64,000 nucleotides of DNA. It comes from Pseudomonadota bacterium. GTDB taxonomy: Bacteria > Pseudomonadota > Gammaproteobacteria > Burkholderiales > Burkholderiaceae_C. The stretch is taken from contig JBJOPS010000036.1 of the NCBI GenBank assembly GCA_046050465.1, forward strand, positions 48,180 to 112,179, written 5' to 3'. Positions 9,982 to 19,699 of the stretch are shown here, piece after piece. Position 1 is the stretch's first letter; each line of letters opens with the position of its first letter. A program made the translations under genes and the position numbers. Below the pieces are notes generated by a model. That model was not told the origin of the DNA, did not search any database, and saw only the letters and a list, made by a program, of their open reading frames with translations.

Positions 9982-10853
9982 AAGCCAAAAACAAATCGAC
10001 GCAGGAAGTGAAAACCCCGCCAGATGCTTCGTCCATTGCACCGGAAATCCGTCCCGGCCAGTCGGTGGAGTTGCTCAAAGAGCTGCACATCCTCACGCGG
10101 GAGGCCAAGCTCAACCAGGACTCGCGGCGCAAGCTCAAGCAGGTGTATCACCTGTTCCAGTTCATCGAAAAGCTGCTGCAGGAGCTGCCTGCGGGCGACG
10201 TCGGTATCACGCTGGCTGACCACGGCGCTGGCAAGTCGTATCTGGGGTTCATCATCTATGACCTGTTTTTCAAGGCGCTGAACGCAGGGCACATCTACGG
10301 CATCGAAACCCGCCCCGAGCTGGTTGAAAAGTCCCGTGAGCTGGCAAAACGCCTCGGGTTTGACCGCATGTCGTTCCTGAATCTGACGGTGGCTGAGTCT
10401 GCCCGGTCCGGCGAACTGCCCACGCAGATTGACGTTGTTACCGCCTTGCATGCATGCGATACCGCGACGGATGACGCCATCGCGTTCGGTTTGGCCAAGC
10501 ACGCCAAATTCATGGTGCTCGTGCCCTGCTGCCAGGCCGAGTTGGCTCGCCACCTGAATGCCGGCAAGGCACTTACCTTGAACCGCACGCCACTGGCCGA
10601 ACTCTGGCGCCACCCGCTGCACACCCGCGAGATGGGCAGCCAGATCACCAACGTGCTGCGCTGCCTGTACCTTGAAGCCATGGGTTACCAGGTGACCGTG
10701 ACCGAGCTGGTGGGATGGGAGCACAGCATGAAAAACGAATTGATTCTGGCGTGTTATACCGGGCAGAAAAAGCGCAGTGCGGCGCAGCGGCTGCAGGCGA
10801 TTGGGGCGGAGTTTGGGTTGGTGGAGTTGCTGCAGGCGCGGTTCAAAATATAA
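9978..10853 (+). CDS. class I SAM-dependent methyltransferase (Methyltransf_32-like)
   Basis: 291 aa with LADHGAGKSYLGF (SAM-binding G-x-G) and ALHACDTATDDAI. ATGA overlap with the upstream gene. Confidence 0.75.
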   Translation: MKAKNKSTQEVKTPPDASSIAPEIRPGQSVELLKELHILTREAKLNQDSRRKLKQVYHLFQFIEKLLQELPAGDVGITLADHGAGKSYLGFIIYDLFFKALNAGHIYGIETRPELVEKSRELAKRLGFDRMSFLNLTVAESARSGELPTQIDVVTALHACDTATDDAIAFGLAKHAKFMVLVPCCQAELARHLNAGKALTLNRTPLAELWRHPLHTREMGSQITNVLRCLYLEAMGYQVTVTELVGWEHSMKNELILACYTGQKKRSAAQRLQAIGAEFGLVELLQARFKI

Positions 10854-11141
10854 TCACGGATGCGCCTTGCGACTGCGTTGGTGCTCAAGATTTGCCCTCT
10901 TCCCCTCATGTAAACGAACAAAGTAAATGAAAGCCGGCATGCCGAAGTGGGGTATACCAATCACAGTTTCCAACCGATCTTGAATGCAAAGGTTGTCAAC
11001 CAAAGGTGTGCGTGCTCCCCGAATTGAAAACCGCGAAATTTCAACACCTAAATGTTTCAGAGTTCCCACGCAATGCGCCCTGGTGTCTTTGCCTGGCAAC
11101 GCCAGTGTCAGACCGCAGATGCGTCGCAGGTAATCAGTCAA
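10854..11141 (-). CDS. hypothetical 95-aa ORF (possibly a gene remnant or non-coding)
   Basis: Only ORF in the 322-bp gap after nagZ. TTG start, and about 55 percent GC at third codon positions (my rough hand count of its codons). I recognise no family. Confidence 0.25.
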   Translation of the reverse strand: MTDYLRRICGLTLALPGKDTRAHCVGTLKHLGVEISRFSIRGARTPLVDNLCIQDRLETVIGIPHFGMPAFIYFVRLHEGKRANLEHQRSRKAHP

Positions 11142-11175
11142 TCCCGACGGATGGTCTGCATTGCCACGCTTTGGA

Positions 11176-12258
11176 TTAAGGAATCAGCTCCAGCGCCTGC
11201 ATGTAGGATGGCTGCACCATCAATGCATCCCATTCTGTTACAGGTGTTTGCGCCAGCAGTGCCAGCCGGAGCGCCTCACTGGCGTCCAGCGACTGCCACT
11301 GACCTCGCAGCAGTGCCTCCGTCATGCCGTCAAGCAGTTCATCCACGGCCTGCCCACCATCTACAGACTGGTTGCACAGCAGAACAAAATCACACCCCGC
11401 ATTCAGCGCCACCACGGCAGCCTGGGTGTAGCTGACTTGCTGGCCGTCAATCAGGCGGGCACCGGCCATGGACAGGTCATCGCTGAAAATCGCCCCGCAA
11501 AAACCTAACTGACCACGCAAGATGTCTCCCAGCCATTTGGGCGAAAAACCTGCCGGGCGGGAATCCACTTGAGGATAAATCACATGCGCAGGCATGACAC
11601 TGGCCAGCGTGGTGCTCAACCAGCCGTACGGGGCGGCATCGTCAGCCAGGATAGCCTTGAGGTTGCGCTTATCAACCGGGGTATCAATGTGCGAATCGGC
11701 CTTGACAAAGCCATGTCCGGGAAAGTGCTTGCCGCAATTGGCCATACCGCTGATCTGCAGCCCATGCATCAGGCTTTTGGCCAGCAGGCTGACCACACGC
11801 GGGTCGCGCCCGAAGGAGCGGTCACCAATCACACTGCTTTCGCCAAAGTCCAGGTCCAGCACCGGGGTGAAGCTCAGGTCAACACCACAGGCACGCAGCT
11901 CGGCGCCCAACACATAGCCGCAAGCCGTAGCCGCGTTGGTGGCGCACATGGCGCCGCTGCCCGCTCCGTCGCGGCCGTCGTTCATCCACATCTCGCCCAA
12001 TGCACGCATCGGCGGCAAGTGTGTGAACCCATCGGTCTTGAAACGCTGCACGCGGCCACCTTCGTGATCGACGCAAATAAGCAGATCGCTGCGCACATTT
12101 TTGATGTCATGGCACAGGCTGGACAGCTGTTCGCGATTGCTCCAGTTGCGGGCAAACAAAATGATGCCGCCAACCAGCGGGTGTTTGAGGCGCTGGCGGT
12201 CTTTTGCGGTGAGGTTCAGGCCAGCGATATCGATGATCAAGGGGGCGTGCTGTGTCAT
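11176..12258 (-). CDS. nagZ: beta-N-acetylhexosaminidase (peptidoglycan recycling)
   Basis: 360 aa with GGIILFARN, CVDHEGGRVQRF and KHFPGHG motifs of GH3 NagZ. Confidence 0.9.
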   Translation of the reverse strand: MTQHAPLIIDIAGLNLTAKDRQRLKHPLVGGIILFARNWSNREQLSSLCHDIKNVRSDLLICVDHEGGRVQRFKTDGFTHLPPMRALGEMWMNDGRDGAGSGAMCATNAATACGYVLGAELRACGVDLSFTPVLDLDFGESSVIGDRSFGRDPRVVSLLAKSLMHGLQISGMANCGKHFPGHGFVKADSHIDTPVDKRNLKAILADDAAPYGWLSTTLASVMPAHVIYPQVDSRPAGFSPKWLGDILRGQLGFCGAIFSDDLSMAGARLIDGQQVSYTQAAVVALNAGCDFVLLCNQSVDGGQAVDELLDGMTEALLRGQWQSLDASEALRLALLAQTPVTEWDALMVQPSYMQALELIP

Positions 12259-12307
12259 ATTATCAGTCGGTTGAGATGTTGTTCATTGGTAGAAGAAGTT
12301 GTCATAA

Positions 12308-12381
12308 GCTATAAAAATAATAGCTTATTATGCATATTCCATAAGGGCAAGATGCCAATTGAAGGGCTAGATGCCAATTTT
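12308..12381 (+). repeat. 55-nt interspersed repeat, copy 2 (tail block duplicated)
   Basis: GCTATaaaaataaTAGCTtattatgcATATTccataagGGCaAgatGCCaatt followed by gaagGGCTAgatGCCaatttt, in the nagZ-acpS spacer. Confidence 0.85.
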
Positions 12382-12780
12382 CTCCACAACACAAAAACTG
12401 GCAGCATAGTCTGCCTCGTCGGTCACGCTCACATGTGCTGTGAGTCCCCGGGCATCAAACCAGTCTTTGAGGCCGCCATACAGCACGATGCAGGGTTTGC
12501 CGGCGTTGGGGTGGTCCTGTGGCAGTGTGGCGATTTCGCACAGACGCCAGGTCATGGGCATGCGCATGCCCAGTCCAATCGCTTTGCTGAATGCTTCCTT
12601 GGCACTGAACCGCGTGGCCAGATACCGCACACCCCGCTCGGGCCAACGTGCGCTTCGCGCCGTCCAGGTGCTGAATTCGGCGTCGCTCAATACTTTTTTC
12701 GCGAACCGGTCGCCGTGGCGCTCCAGACTGGCACGTATACGGCGTACGTCGCAGATGTCGGTGCCAATACCGTAAATCAT
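12367..12780 (-). CDS. acpS: holo-[acyl-carrier-protein] synthase
   Basis: Start moved to the internal ATG giving [15 protein letters not shown], the family N-terminus. The ORF track extends to 12897. The stop codon lies in the tail of repeat copy 2. Confidence 0.85.
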   Translation of the reverse strand: MIYGIGTDICDVRRIRASLERHGDRFAKKVLSDAEFSTWTARSARWPERGVRYLATRFSAKEAFSKAIGLGMRMPMTWRLCEIATLPQDHPNAGKPCIVLYGGLKDWFDARGLTAHVSVTDEADYAASFCVVEKIGI

Positions 12781-12811
12781 GTTGGTGTGTCGTATCTGGA
12801 GGCGGCAAAGC

Positions 12812-13582
12812 TCAGCCGGGACTACCGGCGGCAAACGCTTCATCAATGCAGCGCAGATAGTCCCGAATGGTCGCGGCATAACCCATTTCCAGTGCATCAG
12901 CGATCAAGGCGTGGCCAATGGAGACTTCCTGCACGCCAGGAACCCGCTTCAAGAAGGTGGTCAGGTTGTCCCTGTTCAAATCATGGCCAGCGTTGACGCC
13001 CAAACCCGCATCCAGTGCGGCCTGTGCCGCCAGCCCAAAACGTGTCAGTTGCGCCTCTTGCTGAGCGCTTCCCCAAGCGGCTGCAAAGGGCTCGGTGTAC
13101 AACTCCACCCGGTCTGCCCCCACTGCTTTGGCGGCCGCGATGGAGCGGGCATCGGCATCCATGAAGAGGCTCACGCGTACCCCCAGCGCCTGTGCTTCGG
13201 CGATGAAGGGTGCCAGGCGTTTCGCTTCAGACGGCAAATCCCAACCGTGGTCGCTGGTGAATTGCCCTTGCGAGTCTGGTACGAACGTGCACTGGTGCGG
13301 TCGCAACTCCCGCACAAAATCCATCAGGTTTTGATAGGGGTTGCCTTCGATGTTGAACTCCCGGTCCGGCCACGCTTTCATCAGCGCAGACAGGTCGCGC
13401 ACATCACCCGCCCGGATGTGACGCTCGTCCGGACGCGGATGAACGGTAATGCCATTCGCGCCCGCCTGCAAACACAGCGTAGCCGCTCGGGTAACACTGG
13501 GAATACCCAGGTGACGCGTGTTGCGCACCAGTGCAACCTTGTTCAGGTTGACCGAGAGTGCGGCGGGAAACTTAAAGTGCAT
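12812..13582 (-). CDS. pdxJ: pyridoxine 5'-phosphate synthase
   Basis: Start at the ATG giving [23 protein letters not shown], with [16 protein letters not shown] downstream. The ORF track over-extends to 13774. Confidence 0.9.
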   Translation of the reverse strand: MHFKFPAALSVNLNKVALVRNTRHLGIPSVTRAATLCLQAGANGITVHPRPDERHIRAGDVRDLSALMKAWPDREFNIEGNPYQNLMDFVRELRPHQCTFVPDSQGQFTSDHGWDLPSEAKRLAPFIAEAQALGVRVSLFMDADARSIAAAKAVGADRVELYTEPFAAAWGSAQQEAQLTRFGLAAQAALDAGLGVNAGHDLNRDNLTTFLKRVPGVQEVSIGHALIADALEMGYAATIRDYLRCIDEAFAAGSPG

Positions 13583-13599
13583 GATCAGCGGGCATGGCT

Positions 13600-14376
13600 T
13601 TACAAGGACTGAAGATCGATCATCATTTGCCGGGTACGCAAAGTACCGACCCCGCAATGGTAATTCAGCAGCGTGCGCAATTGGGGTTTCAGCTCCGCCA
13701 TCACGGCGGCACAGGCGCGCAGCGTGGCGGTAAACGGGGCATCGTCGCCCAAGCTCTGCTGCAATTGGGCCCATTGACCGCCGCTCAGGCTTGCACGATC
13801 ACCTGCACTGGTCTGCCTCAAGCCGCCTTCCGGGACGAGGCTGTAATGGGTGTCTGCATCGAGTTGCGCCAGCGTCATGGTCTGGGCGTCGAGCAGCGGC
13901 AGCAGCCCGATTTCGCGCAATAGCAGCAGCTCAAAGGTACGCAGCGCTGCCTGCAGCACCTCACCGTGCTCGGAAGCGACGACCTGCACAACATGGGAAT
14001 AGATGTCAAACAGCCGCGGGTGGGGATCGTCGCGGGCCAGCAAGTGCAAAAGCAATTCATTGAGGTAATAGCCCGACATCAGGGCGTCGCCTGTGGGCAT
14101 GACATGCCCACCCATCCACTCCGCGCCTTTGAGCGTCCGGATTTCGGCATCGCCGCCAAACGCAACATGCAGCGGTTGCAGCGGTAACAAAATGGGACGA
14201 AAACTGGAGCTGGGCCGCTTGACGCCCTTGGCAACCAGCGCGACGCGACCATGGTTGCGGGTGAAAACGTCCAGAATCAGGCTGGATTCGCTCCAGTCAT
14301 AACGATGGAGCACAAAGGCGGGTTCGTCCGAGATTCGCTTACTCGTAGCCAAAGCTGCGCACCCGCGCTTCATCAT
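13600..14376 (-). CDS. recO: DNA repair protein RecO
   Basis: 258 aa with [32 protein letters not shown] (OB fold). Sits in the era-recO-pdxJ order. The start is uncertain because it overlaps the era 3' end. Confidence 0.85.
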   Translation of the reverse strand: MMKRGCAALATSKRISDEPAFVLHRYDWSESSLILDVFTRNHGRVALVAKGVKRPSSSFRPILLPLQPLHVAFGGDAEIRTLKGAEWMGGHVMPTGDALMSGYYLNELLLHLLARDDPHPRLFDIYSHVVQVVASEHGEVLQAALRTFELLLLREIGLLPLLDAQTMTLAQLDADTHYSLVPEGGLRQTSAGDRASLSGGQWAQLQQSLGDDAPFTATLRACAAVMAELKPQLRTLLNYHCGVGTLRTRQMMIDLQSL

Positions 14377-15358
14377 CAGCCCAACCCGATCGCACCTTGA
14401 CCCACAGCTCTAAAAACACCTTGGCATCGGCCAGTTTTTCCAGTTCCACCCGGGTTTCCATGCCGATACGCTTGATGCGTTCGCCCTTGTCGCCAATCAC
14501 CATGGCTTTATGACCGTCCCGCTCAACCACAATGGTGGCGGCGATGCGCAGCAGACGCTTGTGTCCCTTTTTCTGCGGCGGTTCTTCTTCAAACTTGTCG
14601 ATGATCACGGTCGAGGTGTAGGGCAACTCATCACCCGTCAGGCGAAACAGTTTTTCACGAACCAGTTCGCTGGCCAGAAATTTCTCGCTGCGATCGGTCA
14701 ACTCGTCTTCGGCGTACCACCAGGACTGCTCCGGCAGGAACCTGGCACATATATCCAGCAACCGTTCAACGTCTTTTGTATTTTTGGCCGACATGGGGAC
14801 AAACTCGGCAAAGCTGTGCTTTTCCTGCATGCTTTGCAGCCAGGGAGCGATATCACCCCGGCGATGCACGTTATCAAGCTTGTTGGCAATCAAGAGTGTT
14901 GGAATATTTTTGCCCAGCAATGCCAGCACGCGGGCATCTGCTGGTGTAAAACTGCCCGCTTCGACCACAAACAAAATGAGGTCCACATCTGCAACAGCAC
15001 CGACAACCGTCTTGTTCAGCGATTTGTTCAGCGCATTGGCATGCAGCGTTTGAAAGCCCGGTGTGTCAACAAATACAAACTGATTGACCCCCTGGGTGCG
15101 CATGCCGGTGATGCGGTGGCGAGTGGTCTGCGCCTTTCGGGAAGTAATGCTGATCTTCTGACCCACCAGCGCATTGAGCAAGGTGGATTTGCCTACATTC
15201 GGCTTGCCCACAATGGCAACCAGCCCACAATGCTGCCCTTGCACCGGCGTACCCGAGCCGGGCGCCACACGCACGCTCTTGAGCATGGTTTCAATATCAT
15301 TTTGGCCTTCGGCCCTTATTGGATCTGGGTTATTAGCTATATTTTTAGGAGCGTTCAT
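14339..15358 (-). CDS. era: GTPase Era
   Basis: G1 motif [24 protein letters not shown], and a C-terminal KH domain. The first 20 codons are encoded by repeat copy 3. Alternative start is ATG 15286 (MLKSV...). Confidence 0.9.
   Translation of the reverse strand: MNAPKNIANNPDPIRAEGQNDIETMLKSVRVAPGSGTPVQGQHCGLVAIVGKPNVGKSTLLNALVGQKISITSRKAQTTRHRITGMRTQGVNQFVFVDTPGFQTLHANALNKSLNKTVVGAVADVDLILFVVEAGSFTPADARVLALLGKNIPTLLIANKLDNVHRRGDIAPWLQSMQEKHSFAEFVPMSAKNTKDVERLLDICARFLPEQSWWYAEDELTDRSEKFLASELVREKLFRLTGDELPYTSTVIIDKFEEEPPQKKGHKRLLRIAATIVVERDGHKAMVIGDKGERIKRIGMETRVELEKLADAKVFLELWVKVRSGWADDEARVRSFGYE
15299..15352 (-). repeat. 55-nt interspersed repeat, copy 3
   Basis: Minus strand: GCTCCtaaaaataTAGCTaataacccagatccaataaGGGCcgaaGGCCaaaat, at the rnc/era junction. 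Block spacing is the same as in copy 1. Confidence 0.7.
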
Positions 15359-16041
15359 CAGCGTGCCTTTGCTTTGAGTGTTTGCAGCATCGCAGCCGCG
15401 GCAGCCTGTTCACCTGCACGACGTGAACCACCGATTCCACGTTCGGTCACATTGAATTCCGTGACTTCACACTCAACATCAAATGTTTGTTTGTGGGCAA
15501 CACCCAGCGTGCCAACGACACGATAAATAGGCAGTTTCATTTTGCGCCTCTGCAGCCACTCCTGTAACTCGGTTTTGGCGTCTTTCCCGATGGCATCCAT
15601 CTGCGGGTTGATTTCTACGGCTTTGAAAAGACGGTGCACCAGACTTTGCGCTACGGCAAAGCCGGCGTCCAGATACACGGCACCAATCACCGCTTCCAGG
15701 GCATCCGCCAGAATAGACGGTCGCTTTTGCCCGCCAGAACGAACCTCCCCCTCGCCCAACCGGATCACTCCTGGCAAACCGAGGGTCACGGCCAGTTGGT
15801 GCAGGGTATCCTGTTTGACGAGGTTGGCACGCACCCGTGAAAGGTCGCCCTCCGGCAATTCACCCAAGCGCAAATACAGCAAATCCGCTACCGCCAGGTT
15901 CAACACCGAATCACCCAGAAACTCCAGGCGCTCATTGTGGTCAGCCGAGAAACTGCGGTGCGTAGTCGCCTGGCTCAATAGCGAGACATTGGCAAACTGA
16001 TGCTCCAACCGCTGCTGCAACGCAGCCAGCCCATCACTCAC
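15358..16041 (-). CDS. rnc: ribonuclease III
   Basis: 227 aa with the [12 protein letters not shown] signature and a dsRBD C-terminus. Confidence 0.92.
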   Translation of the reverse strand: MSDGLAALQQRLEHQFANVSLLSQATTHRSFSADHNERLEFLGDSVLNLAVADLLYLRLGELPEGDLSRVRANLVKQDTLHQLAVTLGLPGVIRLGEGEVRSGGQKRPSILADALEAVIGAVYLDAGFAVAQSLVHRLFKAVEINPQMDAIGKDAKTELQEWLQRRKMKLPIYRVVGTLGVAHKQTFDVECEVTEFNVTERGIGGSRRAGEQAAAAAMLQTLKAKAR

Positions 16042-16066
16042 GCTGCGAAGCCTTCATGCCTGCAGG

Positions 16067-16420
16067 TCATTTCGACTGACCATCATATTTTAGGGTCAGG
16101 TAGGCGGGACCCGCCAAGGGGATTTCACGTTGGTATGCAAACTTGACAACAATTTTTTCACCTACCTTGGTGACTTCGAGATCTTTTCCGGTAATAGACG
16201 AAATATCGTCTACCGCGCGGGCCTTTTCAAAAATACTGCGCACTTCAGCAACCGTGCTTCCTGTACTGGCTTTATTAATAGCCTTTTTGACAGCCTCAAA
16301 CTCGATCAAGGTCGGGACGATTTGTGCGCCTACGACACCACAAACCGCGAGTACGATGCCAACAAACAAAAGGCCTAAAAATGACATCCCAGTTTGCCTG
16401 GATTTAAATTGAATTTTCAT
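16067..16420 (-). CDS. DUF4845 domain membrane protein
   Basis: ATG 16420 (MKIQFKSRQTGMSFLGLLFVGIVL) is preceded by AAGGA. Small TM protein between lepB and rnc, as in other betaproteobacteria. The ORF track starts at a TTG at 16450. Confidence 0.7.
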   Translation of the reverse strand: MKIQFKSRQTGMSFLGLLFVGIVLAVCGVVGAQIVPTLIEFEAVKKAINKASTGSTVAEVRSIFEKARAVDDISSITGKDLEVTKVGEKIVVKFAYQREIPLAGPAYLTLKYDGQSK

Positions 16421-16446
16421 ATGTTTCCTTGGTTTCACCACCGATT

Positions 16447-17412
16447 TCAATCAAACGAGCCAAAACGTTTCAAATCACCAAAATTCATCCAGACAAAAAA
16501 TGCCCTGCCAACAATGTTTTTATCAGGGACAAACCCCCAGTACCGGGAATCGAGTGAATTGTCACGGTTGTCGCCCATCATGAAATAGTGCCCCTGCGGC
16601 ACTTTGCAAACAAAACCTTCGATACCGTAGCGGCAATTTTCCTTGAAAGGAAAGTCTTCGACGCCCGGGACAAATGCCGGTCGTTCGTCATCATTCAACA
16701 GTCGATGCGGTTTATGACCTAATTTTTCTTCGAACTGCTTGTAGTAACGCATGGCATCACTATCGAAAAATTCTGGCACGACAGTAGTGCTAATTGCCTT
16801 GCCATTGACAGTGAGGCGTTTGTTCAAATAGGCAACCTCATCGCCAGGCACTCCGACGACCCGTTTGATGTAGTCAAGGTTTGGCTTTGGGGGATACCTA
16901 AAAACCATGACGTCGCCCGCCTTTGGCTGGTTACCCTCAGTGATTTTGGTGTTTATAACCGGCAGGCGAATGCCATAGTGATATTTATTGACCAGAATAA
17001 GATCGCCCACCATCAGGGTAGGAATCATGGAGCCAGAAGGAATTTTGAAAGGCTCAAATAAAAATGAACGAAGTAAAAACACCGCAACGATGACGGGAAA
17101 CAGCCCAGCCGTCCAGTCCAGCCACCATGGCTGCTTGAGCAAACGACTCTGTGTTGCCGCAATGTCGTCGTCCATTTGGTTGATGCCCATTCTGCCCAGA
17201 TTTTCCCGGCGCTTTACGGTATCAGTCTCAAGCTGGGCAACCGCCTGCCGCCGCTTTGGAAGGAAGTGAAACTGCTCAGCCAGCCAATAGATCCCGGTTA
17301 CAACCGTCGCCATAAATAGCAGCAAGGCAAAATTGCCCTCAACGAAGCCAAAATACCATGCAGTCGCGTAGCCAATAAATGCCGAGAGAACAAGGGAGGT
17401 TAGAAATGGCAT
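16447..17412 (-). CDS. lepB: signal peptidase I
   Basis: 321 aa with SGSMIPTL (catalytic Ser box) and GDNRDNSLDSRYWG. Confidence 0.92.
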   Translation of the reverse strand: MPFLTSLVLSAFIGYATAWYFGFVEGNFALLLFMATVVTGIYWLAEQFHFLPKRRQAVAQLETDTVKRRENLGRMGINQMDDDIAATQSRLLKQPWWLDWTAGLFPVIVAVFLLRSFLFEPFKIPSGSMIPTLMVGDLILVNKYHYGIRLPVINTKITEGNQPKAGDVMVFRYPPKPNLDYIKRVVGVPGDEVAYLNKRLTVNGKAISTTVVPEFFDSDAMRYYKQFEEKLGHKPHRLLNDDERPAFVPGVEDFPFKENCRYGIEGFVCKVPQGHYFMMGDNRDNSLDSRYWGFVPDKNIVGRAFFVWMNFGDLKRFGSFD

Positions 17413-19226
17413 CAGTCGTCCACCTGCAAAATCGCCAGAAATGCTTCCTGCGGAACCTCAACGGAACCAATTTGCTTCATACGTTTTTTGCCTTCTTTTT
17501 GCTTATCCAGGAGTTTGCGCTTGCGTGAAATATCGCCACCGTAACATTTGGCGATAACGTTTTTGCGCAATGCCTTGATTGTCTCACGCGCGATGATGTT
17601 AGCCCCGATGGCCGCCTGGATGGCCACGTCGTACATTTGACGGGAAATGACTTCGCGCATCTTGCCCACCACCGCGCGCCCCCGATATTGTGATTGCGAT
17701 CGGTGCACGATGATGGATAGCGCATCCACCTTGTCACCATTGAGCAAAATGTCCACCTTGACCACGTCTGCCGCGCGGTATTCCTTGAACTCGTAGTCCA
17801 TGGACGCGTAGCCGCGCGAGACACTCTTGAGTTTGTCGAAGAAGTCCAGCACGATCTCCGCCAGCGGCATCTCGTAGGTCAACATGACCTGGCGACCGTG
17901 ATAGGCCATGTTCATCTGCACACCACGTTTCTGGTTGGCCAGTGTCATGACCGAGCCCACATATTCTTGCGGCATGTATAGATGCACGGTCACGATGGGC
18001 TCGCGGATTTCATCCAGGCGGCCCTGGTCCGGCATCTTCGACGGGTTCTCAACCATCTTCACGGTGCCGTCCACCCCTACCACCTGGTAGACCACGCTGG
18101 GCGCCGTGGTGATCAGATCCTGATCAAACTCGCGCTCCAGGCGCTCTTGCACGATCTCCATGTGCAGCAAGCCCAGGAAGCCGCAGCGAAAGCCAAAGCC
18201 CAGCGCCTGGCTCACCTCGGGTTCGTAGTGCAGCGACGAGTCGTTGAGTTTGAGTTTCTCCAGGCTGTCGCGCAGGCCTTCGTACTGATTGGCTTCAGTC
18301 GGGTACAACCCTGCAAACACCTGTGGCTGGATTTCCTTGAAGCCGGGCAAGGCTTCAGTGGCCGTGGCCGCAGCACCGCCCGTTCCGGGCCTGATCAGCG
18401 TAATAGTGTCACCCACCTTGGCCGCCTGCAATTCGCGGATGCCGGCTATGATGTAACCTACCTCACCCGCTTCGAGGGACGTGCGTGGTTCGTTGGCGGG
18501 CGTGAACACGCCCAGGCTATCGGCGTTGTAGGTGGCACCCGTGGCCATCATTTTGATACGCTCACCTTTGCTCACACGGCCATCTACCACACGCACCAGC
18601 ATCACGACGCCAACATAGTTATCAAACCAGCTGTCGATGATCATTGCACGCAAAGGAGCATCCGGACTCCCCCTGGGCGCCGGAATTCGGATGACGATAG
18701 CTTCCAGTATGTCCTCGATGCCCATACCTGTCTTGGCAGAGCAGGGAATCGCGTCAGTCGCGTCGATGCCAATAACATCTTCAACCTCAGCCCTCGCGTT
18801 GTCCGGATCAGCATTCGGTAAATCCATCTTGTTTAGCACAGGAACAACCTCAACGCCCAACTCGAGTGCGGTATAGCAATTGGCTACCGTCTGTGCCTCC
18901 ACTCCCTGGCTGGCATCCACCACCAGCAACGCACCTTCACATGCAGACAACGAACGACTGACTTCATAAGAGAAGTCCACGTGACCCGGTGTGTCTATCA
19001 GATTGAGGTTGTAGACCTTGCCGTCGAGCGCTCTGTATTTGAGCGAAGCAGTCTGCGCCTTGATGGTTATCCCACGCTCTTTCTCGATGTCCATCGAGTC
19101 CAGAACCTGTGCCTCCATCTCGCGTTCCGCAAGTCCGCCGCATCGCTGAATCAGCCGATCTGCCAATGTCGATTTGCCATGATCAATGTGCGCAATGATC
19201 GAAAAATTTCTGATGTGATTCATCAA
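17412..19226 (-). CDS. lepA: elongation factor 4 (LepA)
   Basis: 604 aa with [19 protein letters not shown] and DTPGHVDF, plus the LepA C-terminal domain. Confidence 0.95.
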   Translation of the reverse strand: MMNHIRNFSIIAHIDHGKSTLADRLIQRCGGLAEREMEAQVLDSMDIEKERGITIKAQTASLKYRALDGKVYNLNLIDTPGHVDFSYEVSRSLSACEGALLVVDASQGVEAQTVANCYTALELGVEVVPVLNKMDLPNADPDNARAEVEDVIGIDATDAIPCSAKTGMGIEDILEAIVIRIPAPRGSPDAPLRAMIIDSWFDNYVGVVMLVRVVDGRVSKGERIKMMATGATYNADSLGVFTPANEPRTSLEAGEVGYIIAGIRELQAAKVGDTITLIRPGTGGAAATATEALPGFKEIQPQVFAGLYPTEANQYEGLRDSLEKLKLNDSSLHYEPEVSQALGFGFRCGFLGLLHMEIVQERLEREFDQDLITTAPSVVYQVVGVDGTVKMVENPSKMPDQGRLDEIREPIVTVHLYMPQEYVGSVMTLANQKRGVQMNMAYHGRQVMLTYEMPLAEIVLDFFDKLKSVSRGYASMDYEFKEYRAADVVKVDILLNGDKVDALSIIVHRSQSQYRGRAVVGKMREVISRQMYDVAIQAAIGANIIARETIKALRKNVIAKCYGGDISRKRKLLDKQKEGKKRMKQIGSVEVPQEAFLAILQVDD

Positions 19227-19260
19227 CGGGAACGCTTAAGTAATTGAATTAAAACGGAGT

Positions 19261-19299
19261 GCAAAAGAAAAAAGGGCGCGTCGTGTTACGGCGCGCCCT
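19261..19299 (-). terminator. intrinsic-terminator-like hairpin just upstream of the lepA start (T2)
   Basis: On the minus strand: AGGGCGCG-11 nt loop-CGCGCCCT followed by TTTTTTCTTTTGC. Only about 35 nt separate it from the lepA start codon. Confidence 0.6.
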
Positions 19300-19652
19300 G
19301 AACCAACAATCTTTGGCAACTGCGAAGGTTGGAACTTCATTGTAGGGAAAAAGATAGGCCTGCACAGCATCCAAAATTGCAGTAATCAGAAGTTGTGATG
19401 CAGCAACACATATGTTGCACACAGTTTATACACAAAATTTCAGAACGTGCTGGAACAAGTTGTGAGCGATCTGTGGAGCACTCATTTTTATCCCATATCG
19501 TGGACTTTGACATTTTTGATATGCCTGTAATTCCAAATAAACAACTGCCATTCTAACTAAAAGCCTGATCCAAAAATATAAGTTAGTAATCACATACAAA
19601 ATATCGGCATATATTTTGTTAAATATTTTTAAAGCGGTTGATGCCGGCAAAC

Positions 19653-19687
19653 AAAAAGCCCACACCCGCGTCAGGGGTGGGGCTTTT
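19653..19687 (-). terminator. intrinsic terminator after mucD (T1, bidirectional shape)
   Basis: GCCCCACCCC / GGGTGTGGGC stem with two bulges, flanked by an A-run and a T-run. Starts 13 nt after the mucD stop. Confidence 0.7.
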
Positions 19688-19699
19688 GAAACAGGCAAC

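Noticed and set aside
16081-16110. CATATTTTAGGGTCAGGTAGGCGGG at the DUF4845 gene 3' end resembles the repeat core-tail junction.
   Set aside because: There is no head hairpin upstream and the match is short. It is probably coincidental.
19331-19337. GGAACTT, the sigma-E -35 consensus, on the plus strand of the mucD-lepA spacer.
   Set aside because: There is no TCNAA-type -10 at the expected 15-16-nt spacing. It is also on the strand opposite to all nearby genes.
19426-19698. 90-aa ORF in the AT-rich mucD-lepA spacer.
   Set aside because: It runs through terminator T1, has an implausible composition (many F/Y/I/C from AT-rich DNA) and has no ribosome-binding site. I treat the region as non-coding.
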